Source of the DNA: Hormiphora californensis
Lineage: Eukaryota; Animalia; Ctenophora
Reading direction: 5' to 3'
Length of the DNA: 64,000 nucleotides
Assembly (NCBI GenBank): GCA_020137815.1
Contig: CM035360.1
Coordinates: 5,518,001-5,582,000 of the forward strand
Numbering within the stretch: the first letter of the stretch is position 1; the number at the start of each line of letters is the position of its first letter. Shown one piece after another: positions 61,244-64,000 of this stretch. Under the pieces are notes generated by a model, which did no database searches, was not told the DNA's origin, and saw only the letters and a list, made by a program, of their open reading frames with translations. The position numbers and the translations under genes are program-made.

Positions 61244-63918
61244 ATGAACTTCAGTAAACGATTCAAGAACACCAGTACCCCTGTATTCTCGCCATGTGCC
61301 AAGATGGTGGCAGCCGCTAACGGTCAGAAACTTGTTATCCATGATGTGGAGACACTGCAAATGGTAAGTGCAGGTGTGTGATCAGTTGAACGATCTCAAG
61401 TGTGTTTGTAGTTGTGTGTTGTACAAACCTACACTCTATAGTGGTAGATGGTGATATAGCGATCCTACAATCTCCTAGCCTTAGTTTTTAGAACCGAATC
61501 TGAATGTCATGGTACAAGTGATGTTAAAAACAATATCCACAAACCTAATACCTCTTTCTCTGCAGGTACAGACGTGGGTGTGTTGTGGACCAGTGAAAGA
61601 CATGGTATGGAGTCCAGATACCAAGTACATTGCAACCACATCTGGAAACAAAATACAGGTGAGGGCAACACAAAAAGGACTCTGTTTAAATACCTCAGCT
61701 CCCCAGTCGCCACGGTGCAAACGACATTACCAACCCCGACAATAAGATTGCTATAAAAAATATTGAATGATTGCTACTTTGTCTTCATCTAAACCGCATT
61801 GATACCCTGATCACATGTCTCTGTTATAGTTGTGGTCGATGAGTGATGGTACATGGCGTAGTACAATACCTGATACGGATGATGGCGTGGACCATGTCAT
61901 GTTCTCACCGTGTGGCCGGTACCTTCTGATACTTCACGAGTTCTCCCTTCTTATCACCATCTGGTCCCTTGAGGTGAGTTCTAAACTCCGATATTTACCG
62001 GATTATGGCCGATATAATATGCGATGAGGATAATTTTCCCCGGCATACCGGGCAAAACCCTTTCCCTGAGTATTCTGGTAAATCGGGGTTGGATTTCTCG
62101 AGAATCAGATGCAGCTTATAACTTTTTATACCGCGCGGCCCAAAAAAAACTAAGGGTACGTCGGCCTTCTTTTCTCCTAGAAATTTAATTTCAATCACTC
62201 TGATATTTTGGCATAATATTTGTATGGTTACTCATTCGAGGAATCCAGAGTTTCAGCTCTCTGGATGAAAATTCATTTTTTTCGCCCGAATGAACATTCG
62301 ATGAACGCCAAAACGGGACCATATTTTGGTACCAAAGTTTTACAAATTTGTTTGGCTATCGATTTTCTTTCGAACGCGACCAGTTTGAGCTTAATTGGAT
62401 CATCACAAGAATCACAGTGTCCAGTTTACCAAGCCTAGGTTGGGTCATGTGATCCCCATCAAATTATGACGTGTTAGGAAGAGAACTTACATTCTAACGG
62501 ACGCTGTATCGGTATACCGTCCTAATTAGCAGATGTGATACGTGATACGCGACCGTTACACCTGCTTATTGGCACTTATTAATGACGCTAGCGGTTCAAT
62601 AGGGGTCACTTGACCAGACCTAGTGTCGGAAAAGTGGCCACTGTGTCTGTTGCGGTGGTCCAATTGAGCTAAAATTAGTCGCGTTTGAAAGGAAATCGTT
62701 ACCCAAAGGCGATTGTGAAATTCCGGTTTGGAATATTTTTCTTGTTTTCAAGTTCATTTAGGATTCATTCCAGTCGTAAAAATGAATTTTTAGATAGAGA
62801 GCCGAAATTCTGGCTAACATCAATATCGATCAAGTGTAATGGCCGTACGAATTTTTAGCGCCTGAATTTACCAATTTCTTGTCAAAACGGGTTAAAATCG
62901 ATGTTTGGTAAAAATGACCGTTTTTTAATCATTTATTTCACCAACTAAACTTGATCCATTTTTAATAAAAACTCGGATTGCCATTTATTATAGTTTACTC
63001 TAATGCATGGTTGCTATTTTTAAGAATAAAATTTAATTTAACCATGAGAAAACGTGGAAAAACCCGAAAAACGAAAAAATGGGTTCATTCATGAACTTCA
63101 CACTTTTATGTTTTGAAACTCCGGATTCCTCGAATGAGTAACCATACAAATATTGTGACAAAATATCAGAGTGATCGAAATTCTGGGAGAAAAGAAGGCC
63201 AACGTACCCTTAGTTTTTTTTGGGCCGCGCGGTATGTTACAATTGTTTGTCCATTTCGAACATATTTAATCACTTATAAATGTATGTTTTATTTCAGTTT
63301 GCGACGCAGTTCTTTATCAAAAACCCAAAAGGAACGCTTTTCAAGTTCTCCAAGAACGAGAAGTACCTTGCCGTGATCGAACGTAGCGAGTGTAACGATT
63401 GGCTTGCTATATTTGAGACCAAAACGTGGAAGCTAACGAACCACTTCAAGTTACCCACTATTGACGCGGCTGGGTTTGAATGGTGCCCCTCATCCTCCCG
63501 GATGTGTGTATGGGATCACGCTTTTGAACACAGGCTTTATGTGTACTATCTGGATGGTACACTGTCTTTCACACATGAGGTAGACCGAATAGCAATCTTA
63601 GAATCCTAACTACCTGCTTTCTGGGTTAGTTAATCAATCAAACCTGTTTCCTAGGTAACCAAACCTGTTTCTTAGGTAACCAAACCTGTTTCCTAGGTAA
63701 CCAAACCTGTTTCCTAGGTAACCAAACCTGTTTCCTAGGTAACCGAACCTGTTTCCTAGGTAACCGAACCTGTATCCTAGGTAACCAAACCTGTTTCCTA
63801 GGTTACCAACCCGATAGTTATGGGCCTCCAGGTGGTCTCATGGTCTCCTTGTGGCCAGTACCTAGCATTAGGTACCCACACCCACACCGCCTATCTTGTT
63901 AACACCTCCAACGGAAAG
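61244..63918 (+). CDS. WRAP73: WD40 protein WRAP73/WDR8, 5' exons; continues past the right edge
   Basis: MNFSKRFK..FSPCAK, VWSPD, LWSMSDGTW, FSPCGRYLLILHEFSLLITIWSL, IKNPK, YLAVIERSECNDW, WCPSSSRMCVWD..EHRLYVYYLDG and LQVVSWSPCGQYLALG, spread over in-phase GT-AG exons. Confidence 0.88.
62131..63232. mobile_element. Non-autonomous Tc1/mariner-type element with long TIRs in a WRAP73 intron
   Basis: TA|CCGCGCGGCCCAAAAAAAACTAAGGGTACGT ... ACGTACCCTTAGTTTTTTTTGGGCCGCGCGG|TA. Inverted similarity extends ~120 bp, and there is a second internal inverted pair (~62370-62450 / ~62600-62700). Confidence 0.88.
63640..63802. repeat. 21-bp intronic minisatellite, ~8 copies
   Basis: Unit AACCTGTTTCCTAGGTAACCA, running up to the acceptor at ~63802. 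Confidence 0.93.
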
Positions 63919-64000
63919 GTCAGTAAATGGGTAAATTCATTGTTGAATTTGGTGGATTATGATTTGGGGTATTGAAGTTGGGATGTGTTGGAATTGACGA

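Overview
Eukaryotic (animal) genomic DNA with GT-AG introns, microsatellites and DNA-transposon debris. Several repeat families resemble ones I recall from the ctenophore Pleurobrachia; that assignment is from memory and is unverified. From left to right the window holds: the 5' part of an ammonium transporter gene (minus strand); a multi-exon gene (3046-~20416, plus) encoding EF-hand, coiled coil and a KIF13-type stalk but no motor domain, with an apparently intact 6.5-kb Helitron in one intron; a ~20-kb region (~21000-41300) with no recognisable gene; a compact VPS33 / adducin-head / C2H2-zinc-finger cluster; a phase-consistent ~2300-aa gene model joining an eIF4E-binding-like motif and partial eIF4G MIF4G domain to a cold-shock-like domain, ZNFX1 helicase, NF-X1 fingers and two PARP-like domains; an orphan PIP-box ORF; and WRAP73. 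The two strongest candidates for something undescribed are these. (1) The gene-free region carries two strand-specific signal grammars on the minus strand. About 44 covarying 6-bp/tetraloop hairpins sit just downstream of GAAAAG|G(T/C/A/G) donor-like sites. A separate block has about 24 tandem branchpoint-CAG|AG acceptors with GTRAG donors and no conserved reading frame. (2) The eIF4G-ZNFX1-PARP chimera looks like a translation-linked RNA sensor/effector. All gene models and counts were made by eye.
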